In this document: in pieces, positions 1 to 14,600 of the stretch
How positions within the stretch are numbered: the stretch's first letter is position 1
Layout of the letters: the number at the start of each line of letters is the position of its first letter
NCBI GenBank assembly: GCA_000165425.1
Contig: CT868664.1
Coordinates: forward strand, 124,001 to 188,000
Direction: 5' to 3'
Origin: Paramecium tetraurelia
Lineage: Eukaryota
DNA: 64,000 nucleotides
Program-made: the position numbers and the translations under genes
The notes under the pieces: generated by a model
The model's database searches: none
What the model saw: only the letters and a program-made list of their open reading frames with translations
Told to the model about the DNA's origin: nothing

Positions 1-1
1 A

Positions 2-562
2 GGTGAAGTATTGGATTCAGCCTTTGTTACCCATCATATTAAGAATACATCAGAAACTAATTATAAATCTTATTAGATGTTATCTGGTTTGGATATTGAA
101 AAACATAATAAGAAGACCAGTATAAAGAATTCTGAATCTGGAGGGTCAAAACAAAGCAAGGAATTTCAATTAGACTTTTCAGTCCATACCAATGATATTA
201 AATCATTGTATTAAAAGAATTCAATTAAGACTTTAAAGACTGTGTAATCCCAACGATCAAGAAGACAGTCTGTGAAATAAACATAAAACTTGAAGTAATC
301 AATGTCTGCTCCTCGAAAATCAGATATTGATAAATATTAAGAGAAGAGAAAATAGAGTCACCCTGATAGATCAAGTTATCAAAGAGATTCAGAAATTTTG
401 AATAGCTCTTTTGGTGAAATCATGAAACAAAATGAAAAAAGTAAAATGAGATAATCAATCATGACTACATTTATAGATTTTCAAGCCCTTTCATTTGACC
501 AAAAATATTTCATAAGAAAATCAGGAAATATATTCAATAAAACTAAAATCCCAAGCCTATGA
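2..562 (+). CDS. 3' end of an unknown protein (5'-truncated by window edge)
   Basis: Frame 2 is open for 186 codons under code 6 (GEVLDSAFVTHH...KTKIPSL) and ends at TGA 560-562; no motif recognised. Confidence 0.7.
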
Positions 563-589
563 AAAACTTTGATTTATTAAAATTCATAA

Positions 590-3500
590 TCATTACAACT
601 GTAATAGTTCTTTTAAACATTCATCTATTAACTAATCTTAAACCATCAATGAAATTTCAACTAAAATTTCAGATTGCTCTTCGTCATACACCAACCATCT
701 CTCTTCATTTTGATAGATCTTTTTACATCATAAAAATGATTACTTCTTAATTAAGCATTCTTATCATTCTCTCCTCTTTAATCTAATTTAAGTACTCCTG
801 ATCAAGCATCAAAATTTTTGGAAAGGGTGAGTCTGGTTTATCAATTATCAAACCTACTAAACAGGATGCCCAATCAGTCACTTATCCAATTGCTCCCTAA
901 AAGATCTACGAGAGAGTTTCCTACTTCTTATTTCTATGAAAATAGTATGATCATTTTACCTCTATATCAACTCTAAAGGTTGTTTAATCCAAGGCAAGGG
1001 ATAACCATTTAATCCAAAAGGTCTATAATAATCCAAAGCTTCGTTTAGAGCATCATACAAGACTTTATTGTGAATATGCTCTAATTCTAATAAAAATCCA
1101 TCTTCTAATGACATTTTTTCCTCTTCCATAAGTATATTTTCAAATTCTGCATATAATTATGTTGATAAGATAGCTTAATTTGAGTAATCTTACTCACTGG
1201 ATTAATAATCATCTTCTTCGTCATAATAATGGAAAAATTTCAAAATCTCCTTAGGATTGGGTCCGAAAGGAGTATTTATTTTTTGGATTAATGCTGCCTT
1301 CCAGTCGGATTATAATAAAAATTATTCTAATCTAGTTAGATAGGTTTTAACCTATTAAATATTTGATTTGATTCCTTTAAACTCAGGTAATTTTATTGAT
1401 GCTGTGATATTTTTATTAAACACCATTAATTCTTCATACATATCTTGTATTTCATTTCCAATAATTGAATTTGCAATTAAAATGCAATATGATTAGATTT
1501 GAGAATCATCATATTCTGGTTCATTTTGAGAATGGGTTGATACTTTAATGACTTAAGAGGGTTGTATTTTTGCACAATCTAAAACATCGCTGGTATACAA
1601 CATCTCATCATCCCATTCTAATTATTCATATATCAATTTTTAGTTGTCTTCTTTTTAGTATTGAGGAGGAGATGGGGAAGGAGAAGATTTTGGTACCTTT
1701 CTGATATTTTATGATTCACAAATAGGAGAACTATAATTCATAGTGGCAGTATCAAAATTATTAGTCTTACCTATTTTTGTTTGAGGTCCTGAATTAATTT
1801 CTCTGATCAATCTTATGTTACTTATAGTTTCACTTGAGAAGGAAGACGTTAATTACTAATTATTCAATTTAGACATAAATAACAGATCCTTTTAGGTTTT
1901 GATAAAGGATTCATATAGACCTTTCCATCCAATTTCAATGTTAGATTTCTACTATTTAAACTCATCTTTTTCTTTTGTGACCCACTTTTCAATTTTGAAT
2001 TTTTATTTTTCGAATGTCTTTAAACTGATTTACTTTTATTGCAAAGCTTCATGAATATTTTTCAATTCGTTCTTATGTCTTTCTTCAATGGCTGTTTCTC
2101 TCATTTTGATTAATTTCTTCATATTTTCTGGATTGAGAAGTTCTCTAAATTTTTTTGATGCAAAATCATAAAATGGATTCTACTCAAATAAGGAAGCATC
2201 TTTATTCACAGGAGACTAATTCTGTGATAATTTAATTAGATTCTCTGATCCCATAGCTTATCTGATTTCACTCATCTTAAAAGATTTTTATTATGATTCC
2301 TTTTCTGTATTATCTATAATAGTTTCTCCATCAATATCTTTTGCAATTTACAAAGTGAATGTCTTCAAATCTTGAAGAACTTCCTTAATATTTTATTTAG
2401 ATCCCTTTCTTTAAAGTTATGAGATCTGTTCTAACATAAGATGCCATTGTTATTTTTACTTCTAGATGATTATGCTATGAAGGGATTTGTCTTAAAACAG
2501 CTTCTTAACAGATGATACCTTTTATGAACTGAAATGACTTTATTTATCCTCATCCCAATCCAATTAATGAGCAACAAAGTTGAAACCATTTGAAATATTT
2601 CTCTTTTAAGAAGACTTTAATCCACTTTATTCCTTCTCTAATTAAACAGATTAACTAATAGGTTCTAAATAAGATTATGCTTAATTCATTGATGGTAATT
2701 GATTCATTTCTTCCTAATCAACAAAGTTCTTATAATATTCTAAAACATGTCTTGTCTTATACCCTCTCCAAACTTTTTGAATAACTATTGCTGCCTTGAG
2801 AATTTGAGCCATTTCCTTTTCTAGGTTTCCCAATTCTTGTATTTATTATTCCTCTTCTTCGTCTAAGGATGGCTCTGAAATAACAATATTTTGTCTCTTT
2901 GTGCTTTTTTGGATTGAATCCATTTAAGAAATGCCCTCTTAATCACTATCCAATACCAGGTCAAAACAACTTTAATTATCTCTAGTGTCTCCGTTGATTT
3001 AAGCATATCTATTGGCTATATTTTGATACTAAATAACTAATTCTCTTTTCTTTTCATCCAAGGATGATTTAGGTCTTTTCTTTTTATGGAAAGACACTGA
3101 TTTCCTGTGAATCACTTACGTTGTATTATTTCGATCTATAGAGTATTATAATATTTGATTTACATTTAATAAATTCGTTTAAATTTTATAGGTTTTGTTA
3201 GATTTTGATTTATTTTTCGAGTTCTTGTTATTTTTTGAATTGCAATTCAAATTAGACTTGTCTTCGTTTCCATTCTTTATATATTCGAATTTCGTGTAAT
3301 TGTTAGTCATTGAATTTTGGTTAATTGAACATTTGTTCCTCATCCTCATTGATCTTTTACTCTAAAGGAATAATTTAATTCAAGATTACTACTATGAATC
3401 ATCTATTAGATTTTCTTCTTAGGCAGATGATTCAAAAACGAGACTCCTAATATTTCTCTACGATCTTATTTTGGATCTTCAATTTTGATTTTCCTGGTTT

Positions 3501-3754
3501 GTTCTTGATGTAATAGGCCATCTCTCTTAGCCACTTGAGCATAGATGTAATTCTTGAGTCTTTCTTAGTTCAATCCCCAAGGAATGGGAGAACTCGTTGT
3601 TTATTTGGATTTGTTTAATTTCTTCTTCTTCTTTTTTTTTGGTTCTCCATTGCAGACTTTTTCTGCTTTGCTTTTGACAGCTCTCTAGTTTATAAATGTA
3701 ACTCTACTTTTTCTTCTCTAGATTCAGATTAATGTTGATGTTGATACCTGACAT
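590..3754 (-). CDS. IQ-motif and C-terminal DUF4378-type coiled-coil protein (CEP350-like C-terminus)
   Basis: ATG 3754 (MSGININ), TGA 590-592. IQ motif AAIVIQKVWRGYKTR near 2760-2800. C-terminal EHIHNKVLYDALNEALDYYRPFG and EERWLVYDEEQSEILVEISLMVQDQLIDE. Several tiny introns, e.g. 25 nt at 719-743. Confidence 0.7.
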
Positions 3755-3830
3755 TTTTATAAAATATACAATTTGAATTATTGAGATGAAATTTGAAATA
3801 TATATATTTAATTTATAATTTTATTTCTAA

Positions 3831-6800
3831 TCATTGTTGTTTGATGGCATCTGAGTTTGGATAATGAATCATTATTAGTTCTTGATCGGCTGATTGCATC
3901 ATTTTGATTATCCAAAGAGATACGCCTCCTTCTTTGATGGTCATCATAAAGAGGATCATAATTACAATCAGGTTATATACCAGATTGTCATACACAATCG
4001 AACTTGCCAAGAAAAAGGTAATTGTGGTTAAATTGTATTCATTTCCATCTGTTATGTAGTAAACTACTCTATAGATACTTAAACCAATTATAGCCAGTGA
4101 TAGAATGGTCACGATTAGTTTCAGAATAATGAACTTTTGGTTCTTCAATGGGATATTCATCAAAAATGTATAGATAGAAAATGCCAATGGAGTTAATAGA
4201 AATACTAGGGCTAATTGATAGTTAAATTAAAAGTAGATGTATGTAATGAAAATGGATAACTGAATGAACAAGAACCTGAGCACATAATTGAAATAGGAAA
4301 TCTTCCTGTAGGCTTCATCTCTATAGAAGATACTTACCAAAGTATGGAAGTTTAAAAGAATTAGCTTAAATTTCTTAAATGAGGTAGGCTTTGTTATGTT
4401 TCTCAATGATGGTGAGTGCTATTCATCTTGATGCTTGCTTTCTTTAAAATTGAAGATCTCGCTCTTCTTCATATCTGGAGTCTCTTCTTTTTGATTGGTG
4501 ATGATAATTTCCGATTAGGATTTCTTATGATTATAGACTTTTGCAAATTGAGTATCCTTGTAATGAGCAAAGAAGGCAAATAATAAAGTGATAGATCCTA
4601 TGCATATTAAATAAATAAAGAATGGTTCTGATATTAATAAAGTGTCAGAAGTATTATCTAGTTTTGAATTGTTATTACTATTATTAGTTGTATTAGTATT
4701 AGTATTTGTATTTGTATTATTTGTATTATCTGTACTATTATTATTATTATTATCAGTGTCATCAGTATCATCTGTAGTTGAATTTGAATTATTATTTGTA
4801 TTGTTGTTATTCGTATTGTTATCTAATGTACTATTAATAACGATTGTAAATGGATTAAAATAAGAAATCTTACATGAAATTGCAGATTTATTGATTAGTG
4901 TTGTTTCTATATCTTTAGATGTCCAGATCTCAAATAATTTTTAAATACAAATTGTCCTCTTATTTGCATAATCTTCGTCAACTATAAAGGTGTAAGTGTA
5001 TGGTTATAGCATTACGGCATTTATTTTTGTTAATTCATCAATCACTCTCAAATAGATTACTTCAGCTCCAAATGAATCACTCTTAGGGAAGCTCTCCTCA
5101 TTCAAGTAGGGATTCACAATGAATTTATTAAAGTAGTACTAGTAACTTGATGAATCTTCGACGGATTCCAATAATCTAAACACAGTCTCCTCCTTCAAAA
5201 TGTTTCCTGCAATCTCATTTATAACTTTATAACTCGCCTTCTTCACCTGTAGTGTTGCTTAATCATTCTCAATGGTAAAACCATCACTGTTCAATAAAGT
5301 TAGATCAATTAATTGAGTTTTGAGATTCTCTATGTATCCCAAAACCTGTTCATTGGTGGTGTTGAAATACTCGCTATTGGAAATTAAGGACGAGAACAAA
5401 TCAAAGTATTTGTAATAGTTATTGATATAACTTTGTTATTACAAGGTGCTCTGAGAATCTAATTGCAAAGCCTTGAGTTTTTCAAAATTGGATTAGATGA
5501 TACTATCGAAAGAATCCAGAGAATATAATTGAACCTTAAATTATTTACTCACTTCTTTGTCATTAATCAGTTAAATCATTTGATTGAGTATTAGATTTTA
5601 TTGATCTATTGGTAGATCATTTTATGCTATCAAATCATTCTTTCTAATTAAATCATATTTGAATTATGAGCAATTATCCATTTGCACAACTCTACTGACT
5701 ACTAGATCTTAAGTCTAGAGTGTATCTTCGATGTTTTCGGAATGATCTATCATTTAAGTCAATAGAGTTTAATTGATTTCAAAATTCTTAGTGATAACTA
5801 TAGGAGTAGTAAGATTTGAGATTCCGTCCCTCTTATCTTTGATCATGAACACTAAGAAAGATGTGAAATTCACAGATTATTTTGGACCAACAAATGGTAA
5901 TTTGAATAACATTGTGCTATTCGATTAATAATCCAAGATATTGATATTGTTGATGAACTTTCCAATTGAGAAATCGTAATCATACATGTCTTTGTCATTG
6001 TAGAGTAACACTTTATATTCTAAGGGTTGATCCTCGTCTTCACATTAAGCGATACTTATATTGACATAGGTTTTAAGTTCATAGATGATATCGCCAGGGT
6101 TGTTGAAAACTAATGAGCAATTCATTGGAGGCAAGTTATAGGTTAGAATAATGCTTCTTAATGAAGGCATGACGTAGGTTGGATTGTAGACTGATGTTCT
6201 CAGTGTGATTTCATTACCTTTAATCGAATTGAGATCGGAGAAATAATCTAGCAACCTAAATTTAAAGGTTAGACTGTAAAATTTGAATGATTTAACCGAG
6301 ACCTGATCGTAAATGATAGTGGCTGAATAAAATAGGTTGTCTGGATTGGCTAAGGAGTATGAAAATGCCAATTAGACTTCATCATAATAGTTAAATGTTT
6401 TAGCCATTGTCTCTGCTTCCTCTGTTTCATTTGCTGATTGCAACTAAGGAACATCAACTTCAACTATTTGAATCATTGATTTGCCGGTAGCTTATTTATT
6501 TCCCTTTGTGGATGATGCACTAAAGACATAAGAATTATATTGGCTGAGTTCGTTGGCATATATGGTCACAGATTTACCATTTGGGTATTTGAGGAGTTTA
6601 CCATACAAATCTAAACATTCATAACCTTTCAAAACATCAAAACATGTCCAAGAAAATACATATTGAAATGGATCTGATTCTTTGGGATTGATATCTTAAT
6701 CTATTGCTGAGGCAGTCAAAATAACTATGGCCACATCACCAACTTGTCTATTTCCACCACTTACTTTTATGACCAAGGTACCTTCTGATATTTCTTGATT

Positions 6801-9800
6801 CAAAAATACGGTAGTTGATAGTAACTATGAAGGAACACTGATTGTAACAGTGATATTATTAGACCCAACTTCAAGAATGTAAGGATCGATGGGAACTTCA
6901 AAGTCGAAAGCAGAACTCATCTAAAAGAAGAATGCCTAGTTGTATTCAGCCAATGTGAGTGTATCCAATTTAATCAAAACATGGACTGTGTCGCTCATCT
7001 CTGTAGTCAGAGTACAATTTGTATAAATGAATGTAAAATTGAGCTAAGTGGTCTCATATCTATAGAAGGTATTCTGTACATCAGGTATCTATATACTTAC
7101 CTGAGCAGGTCCTAAAGTTTGGATGAAGTATGTATTCTATGCATCTAAGGCCAAGAAATTTCGTAAATGGATGTCGAATGAAAAGGTTGTATATGGTTTT
7201 AAAACTAATCTAGGAATTGTGATGTTAGTGTCAGAGGTCTTAGCTGGAGTGATTGAATTAATAATGGTATCTAACTGAGCATTCACATAATTTGCAGGTT
7301 GAGTCAAAGTCCAACTAAAAACATCTAGATTCCTGCTTCCAGTATTACCAAGACTGTACTTGATGACTACTGGCTCACAAATTGTTTTAGGCTGTTGAGC
7401 CACAAAGTTAATGTATGGTAGATTCTCTTCATTCGAAACAGCTGGATCGATTATTAAGTTGCTGGGTTAAAAGACAGAGAAACCTGTAGTACATATTTTC
7501 AATTTGAAACCAGTTCCAAAAGCGAAGGAGTGTCCAATATTGATAGTAGAATACTTGCCAAGTGTTACAATAATTGTAGTATCATCGATTATGCAGATGG
7601 GATTCGTGCCTAGAGTAGAGAGAGAGGATGCCTAGAAGTACTGATCACAACCTGTTTTGGTTGGATCAAGTAAATCCAAAGGTCCTCCAAAATCAATTTT
7701 AATTTTATACAATCCTGAGGTTAGGATAGAATATGGCACACCCATATTACAATTAGTACAAAACACAGATCCAACACTCTTTCGAGAGTAACCATCCTTA
7801 CATATGCATTTACCAACAAATGGACCATTCATATTACCTTTGCAACTTATACATCCATTTGAATCACAATCTCCACATTCAAAGGCACATTTAATACATT
7901 AACCTGAATAATCAAAGTAGCCAGATGGACATGTGCAAAAAGGTGGATTTTCTCTGATTCCTGAACATGTAATGCATTTATCTGCAATTTCTGAACAAGT
8001 TGTACAAACATCACTACAAGGTTAACAAATTGGACTGAGATTATCATAGAATCCATCAGGACAAGTACATTAAGGTACATTTTGTCTTCTATCTGCACAA
8101 GTTGTACAAATGTTATTTACACATAGTTCACATTTATAATTGCATTTGGGACAATCATTTGAAACGCCATCTTCATAATAATAGTCAGGACATCTACAAA
8201 CAGAAGTGAATCTATTTCCTCTACAAGTTACACAATTGTCAGCTTGTACTTTACAAGTTGCACATTTATGATCGCAAGGTAAACAATTTACAGTTCCAAC
8301 ATCATAATACCCTTTTAAACAAGTGCATTAAGGTTTATTTTATTATCTTGATGGTTAGCAAGTAAGACAATTGGATGATTGGAGAGCACATGTTGCACAT
8401 TATGGATCACAAGGAATAGATATTGCTATCAAAGGATGGCATTCAACTCCGGTTAATGTATATCCAACACTACAACTGGTTACACATTGCATTCTCTCAA
8501 TATATACTGGACATGTCAAACAATCATAGCTTGATCCTCCTTAACAGGTAAGACAAGAGGAATGACAAGGCATGCAGGCTTAATATGTGTCTGAGGCATA
8601 GGTTCCATTTGGACAAACAGTTAAACATTTACTTTAATAGATATATGATGTAGTTGGACAAGTAGTGCAATTATCAAACAAAGGACCGTAACAAGCCAAA
8701 CATGTTGGATCGCACTATGTACAAATATTGGCAGCTGCTCCATAATATCCCTCTGGACATTCAGGTAAACAATTATTAAAATAGAAAAAGTAACTACTTG
8801 GACAAGTCAAGCAATCATCAGTATCTGGGCCAGAGCAGGTTTTGCAAATAAAATTACATTTCTAACATTTTCTATCATCATTAGATTTGTAATAACCATC
8901 GTAACATGAACTAAGACATTGGCCATCTTAAAAGAAATAACCAGATTAACATAATTTACAAGAACTTGAAACACAAACATCACAGTTATCAATACAAAAT
9001 TCGCAAGTAAATGTTTGAATATTCCCTTAATAAGATGGTGGACATGTATCATAACATTATCCATTCAAAATATATTTTTGTGTACTGCATTATGTGCAAT
9101 CATAGATATTTGTACCTACACAAATATCGCAATTTAGAGCACAAGATTAACATATTCCATTAACTGCCACTGTTCCAATTGGACAAATTGGATAACATTT
9201 TCCTGAAAACTACAATAATCCTCCACTGCAAGTTAAGCACTAATAATTTTCACCTCCTGTACATTCAATGCAAGCAGCATTACACTTCAAACATTTTTGA
9301 ACGTATTGATTAGGATACATATTGGATGGACAAGTCTCAACACAAAAGTCATTATATAAATAATATCCAGCAACACAAGTTTAACAAACTGTTGGTGAAG
9401 TGCAAAATTAACAACCTTGATAACAAGGAGCACAGAATTTACCAGATGGATAATATCCTTCTTTGCAAACCTTATAACAGATTCCCGTTACTGAGGAAGA
9501 ATCCAAAACCAACATATAAGTATTATCAGGACAAATTTTACATTATGTGAAAAGAGGATTGTTGCACTCCTTACATGTTTGATGACACTTTTTGCATGAT
9601 CTGGTAACATCATCACCATAGTATCCAGTATCACAAGGAGAGATACACAATTTTGAGATTCTTGACATATAAGTATTTGCCTAACAAAGAAGACATTATG
9701 ATTCCGAGCAATTTTCACATTTTGGATCAGGACAAGGAGTGCAATCTTTATTTAATCTGTATGTTTTGATAGGACATGCTAGTAAGCATTAGTTGAATAG

Positions 9801-11505
9801 TAAATCATATCCAGGATCGCAGCTTGTACATTTAGATTGAGTATCAGCACATGTCTTGCAACTAATCTATTGAAAAGTTATAGATTAATATTACATCACA
9901 CATGACACAGAGAGTTCTGTCAACAGTCTATTGAATTGTGTAATAATTGGAGGGACAACTCAGAACTGCTTGGTTATCTGGCATAATCATGTATGGTTTT
10001 TTGAAGGTAAGACAATCTTTATCAGTACGACCCGAACAAGTCAAACAACATGGTAGACAATCTAATCATTTAATGATGCTATATATACTCTCGCATTTAA
10101 CTGCTGCTGTATTCTCAAACTGATATGAATAGATACAAGTTTAACATTTGTTATTTATGTCAAAACCGTATTTACATAACTAACATTTTCCTTTGACATC
10201 AGTTGCATCGTAAACACATTTGGCACATCTATAATCACAAGCTTTAATATAAGAAAAAGTCCTTACCTTTGCAGGTATGGTCTACTAGATCCTCGTAATA
10301 CTACTCATTACATTGGCAGGTGACTAGATTTCTGTTGTCAACACTCGAACAAGCATCACATGTTCCTTCAGCCTTACAAGCTTAGCAGTATTATGGACAA
10401 TTCTTAGAAAGCAGATAAAAGTTTGTGATTCCCAGATCAATTGGAGTAGTTATTTAAATGGTTATTTAAAGATTTGTATTTTCATGATTGACTTCGTAAT
10501 CCACAAAATAAACTGAATCGGTTCCACTATTCCCATAGAGATTACCTGCTTGTATTCTGGATATGGAAGTATCAGGAATCACAATGGAACCTGAGGGACC
10601 GTTTATTGTGATTATTAAATTTGCTGATGTTAATATTGTTGATGTATCAAATGCATAAACGTAAAAACTGAGTTTAATTTTGTAATGAATATCTAAAGTT
10701 TACGTAAATGTTATGGTTCCTGTGTTCCATCTTCTGTATCCTCCGATGATGAAATTGGCAGCAGAGCCCCCAAAAGTAAGTAAATCATATTTTTAAGAGC
10801 TGATTGCATTTATACTAGTATAACTGAATTTGGGCAAAACAGTGTTTGGATTCTGTGAGGGTGAAGTAAAATAATAAAACTATTGGTTCTAAACATAAGT
10901 ATATGGTGATGCAACTGTGGGACCAATTTCATAAATTAACACTGGGCCCACATAGATTGTTTTCTTTTTTGTATTATTGTTAAGAGTTGGGATACTGATC
11001 ACTAGCTTCAATATGTAGTCTGAACCGCTTGTTAGAAGTGTGGTTTTTAGTACCTAAACTTTAAAAACCAGGACTTTAACACTACATATTAATATTTCAA
11101 ATTTACTTAGATAATGAGCAATAGGACTCTATCAATTGAGTTGTAGTTGTTAATTATTGCGTCGTTATTGTTGTTGTACCACTTTTTATCGCCAGAGAAT
11201 CTCCCTCCCAAGTTCCTGCAACAATTATTTTAATATATATCTCATGGTCTTTGTTATTAACTACATATTAATTAGATATTGATTTTGCCAAATCACTAGT
11301 TATGGTAACATAAGGTTGTTTTAAGGATGAACACATTGTTGCTGTGATAGCTAGAGCCGCAGATGCTTCATCTACCCAAGTGTGAGCCCCCGTAGTTACT
11401 AAATCAGATTTTACCAATGTATACGATTAAGTCATGACTAAAATTAATGTCTATGATATGGTTACCTTAATATAGATTTGTTATCAAGATAAACAAGAAT
11501 TTCAT
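3831..11505 (-). CDS. Giant Cys-rich (furin-like) REJ/GAIN-like multi-TM surface receptor, polycystin-1-like paralog A (~2513 aa)
   Basis: Signal-like start MKFLFILITNL. Five introns (28, 25, 25, 27, 28 nt) give a spliced length of 7542 nt, divisible by 3. CxxCxxC repeats span about 7700-10400; REJ-like motifs (VSGGNRQVG, FSWTC, YNPTYVMPS, PPMNC); hydrophobic helices at about 3900-4630. Confidence 0.85.
4650..4840 (-). repeat. Asn/Thr/Asp low-complexity coding tract (stalk between GPS-like motif and TM1 of paralog A)
   Basis: Minus-strand translation NNTNNNNTNNNSNSTTDDTDDTDNNNNNSTDNTNNTNTNTNTNTTNNSNNNS; imperfect (TTA/GTA)n on the plus strand. Confidence 0.85.
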
Positions 11506-11699
11506 TAAAAATAATTATTAATTAAAATCTAACTCTAGAAAATCAGATAATAAATTCTAAATTAATTCGCAATTCAGCAATTTACGTTTTAATAATAAGG
11601 CTCGATCTTTTTCATATTCTATGATTTTTAAATTAATTAATTAATTATATATATATAAATGTTATTTAGATAAATTATTTCAATATATTATCTTATTCC

Positions 11700-14600
11700 T
11701 CAATTTTATCTTATATTATCTGCTAATCCAAATAAAAACTCCTTTGTTTTTTCATCCAATATCTTCTTTAAAATCGTTTAAAGGATTGGAATTCTTATTA
11801 TGTCCATGTGTATGAAATAAGTAACTAATAAGGATAATGGACTATAAATTAAATTATCTGCAACAAATGCCCCTATGAAGATTAGACTCATTTAATTTGA
11901 CTACTCTATTTAATTCATCAACACTAAACCGGATAACATAATGTAGGAAATAAAAGCAGCTCCACCAATCATTATCATAACTCCAATCATTCTTACCATC
12001 TTAGATTTATTAGATAATGTTTTTTCTAACACAATCTAATAAACCTTATTTGCAGGTGCTGTTAAAGCGGATATAGCAATTGTAAAACTTAAGTTATTGG
12101 GTTGCTAAAATAAAAATATCAAAGCAATTCCACCTAGAAAACTTACATAAACGATTGATGCTCTCAAACTTCTTGGTTTGATAGGATCATCTTTATAAAT
12201 TATTTGTAGAATTTGATGGAAATATTTGAGAAACTCAATGAATGCTTTAAAATTTGAGATTAGCTTTCTGTATAACATACTTTTAAGTCCAATATCTTAA
12301 ATTGTTAGTTACCTTTACAATTTCTAACCCTTAGATTGTTCCTCCTCCTGTTTAAGAGGTTCCTCTTATTTAACAAGCTCCTCTTATTTATTGAATAATC
12401 CTTGTTTAATAATTCTTGTAGATTGCAATACTTAAGATTGACTGAATAGCGAATCAATTTTATTAAGATTGTTGTTTAACTTTTCTTCAGGTTTAGTTTC
12501 TAAAGTAGCTTATTTAATATTCTATTAGTTTTGTGAGGAGGTTATTGGTTTTAATTTATTGAAAATAATTGCCCCATAAGAGAGTCCTGTTCCAAACATG
12601 TTTCTTTTAAATAAAGGTATGTTATGTTAATATTCAATCGATGAGTCTCTCAACTACCCAGTCTTAGTATATTTTGAATCTGCTCTTTTGATTAATTTAT
12701 TTTGGACTGTATTTTTGCCTTCAAGTTAATTTATAACTTATTCTTATTGAATATGTATTTAGGAAAAAATTTAATTATCTACTTTTATTCCCCAATAGAC
12801 AATTGTGAGATATAAACCTGTGATTCCAATATAAAAGTAAAAAATGATTGTCTAATAAAATGGAAATGTTGCAAAGGCATCTAGGGTGTTAGATGAAAAA
12901 ACTTGGCTTCCTTTATCTATAATTTATTCAATGGATTCCATAACTGTTGTAGGACTCAATTCATCGCATTTGCAAATGACTTCCAAATCCTTTTTAACTG
13001 TTTTGCAGATATCAGCAGCCCAAGTCCCATTTTATAATTATGAAACACATTTCAGAGATGTGTTAGACTCTAAGGTCCTAACTTTAGGAATGGAAAATGA
13101 AACATCCTCTCCCAACTTGGAATTTCTACTACTTCCAGTTTCCTATAATTTTGGATCCACTACTTAATACCCAGAGGTGTTTTTTGGAAATTGGGGTGTA
13201 GGATAGAATGGATTATCTTTGAATCTAGTAATCGAAAACTTGTAATAATTTGTAGCAGCCTTGTATATATTAGTCACTTCTTGACTATCTCCTATTGGTT
13301 ATCCAAAAGATGAGTTTAGACCTACAATCAATTCTACTTATTTTTTAGTAACAAATCCAAAGTCCAGATTCACTGAATTCTAAATCATTTTGTACAGAGG
13401 TTCATTAACAACACTAATAGATTGTAAATGAACTTGCATTTAGTTCAAAAGATACTATAAGTAATCTGAAGTAACATTTTAAATCACCTTAAAATTGATA
13501 CCACATGATAAGATATCTGCAAAACTATAGTACTACCTAATATACTCATTTTTGTCAAGGTTCTACTCTGAAGTCAGTTGACTTTGCTTTTACAGACTAA
13601 AATAGCGAGACAGGATTGAGAATGCTTTCAATGTTCTATAATTGACTTGACCCAGCAAGAGTGATTCATTTATGGACATTAATGATACATTCTAACTTAG
13701 AAGATTCGAAATAGATCGATATAAGGGTTCTGTTTGATTGGCCAATAGTGTTTAATTAACATCAATTGAAAGTAATTCTTTGTATAAGTTTTCCTTATAT
13801 TGAGTGAATGATTTGAGTTACTTCAATCTCTCAGTAATAAAAACGTAGCCAATTAACTACTCATCAAAACTTTTGAGTTTAGATTAATATTCTTTGAATG
13901 TACTCTCATCTATGCTTTTGAATTCCCTTACATTGACGGATAATGTCAAATTCACTATGCCTTGTTTTGTATTTTTAATATTGAACACTAATAAGGGCTC
14001 GGCCTCATAATAGTAGGGTAAAATCAACTTAAAATGATTTGAATATTGAAAATCGCTCAGCATAACAAAGCTATGGAATTTAGCGGTAATCAGTTCTTAC
14101 TTGTAGGTGGATTGATTAGGAAAGAGTTGCACACCGTAAAAAAGAATGGGATTAGCATCCCGACAACCTGTTATTGAAATGCTCAATTCGTCTAAGAATT
14201 CTACATAACTTTCAGGAAATTAATAAGATAATGAGCAATTTTAAGGAGGAATATTAAGATTTAATACTTAAGTATTGACTGATGGAAGTATAAATCGAGG
14301 ATCATAGACTGATAGTCTAAGTTTTACTGTGTTTGCTTCGCCAAACTCTAAGTCAGTGAAGTGATCTTACTCCCTATATTTGAATTGTAGATAATAGAAC
14401 TCAAACGTGTTAACAACTTTTTAATCATAGATTACAGCTCCTGCATACATCAATAAGTCAGGATTCACTCCAGGGTATTGTACTGTGAATATAAGTTCGT
14501 CATAATAATTATACAACTAGTCCTGAGTTGAACCATATACGATTAAACTTGGGAGATCTATTTCTATAAACTAGATAGAGACTGTTGTAGAGTATTTGCT

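Noticed and set aside
3620..3710. Apparent frameshift at an A9 run near the start of the DUF4378 gene
   Set aside because: Resolved if the first intron uses the acceptor 2 nt further on (25 nt, ending GAG); cannot be decided without RNA data.
4642..4863. Highly hydrophobic 73 aa plus-strand ORF in the track
   Set aside because: It is the antisense reading of the Asn/Thr tract of paralog A.
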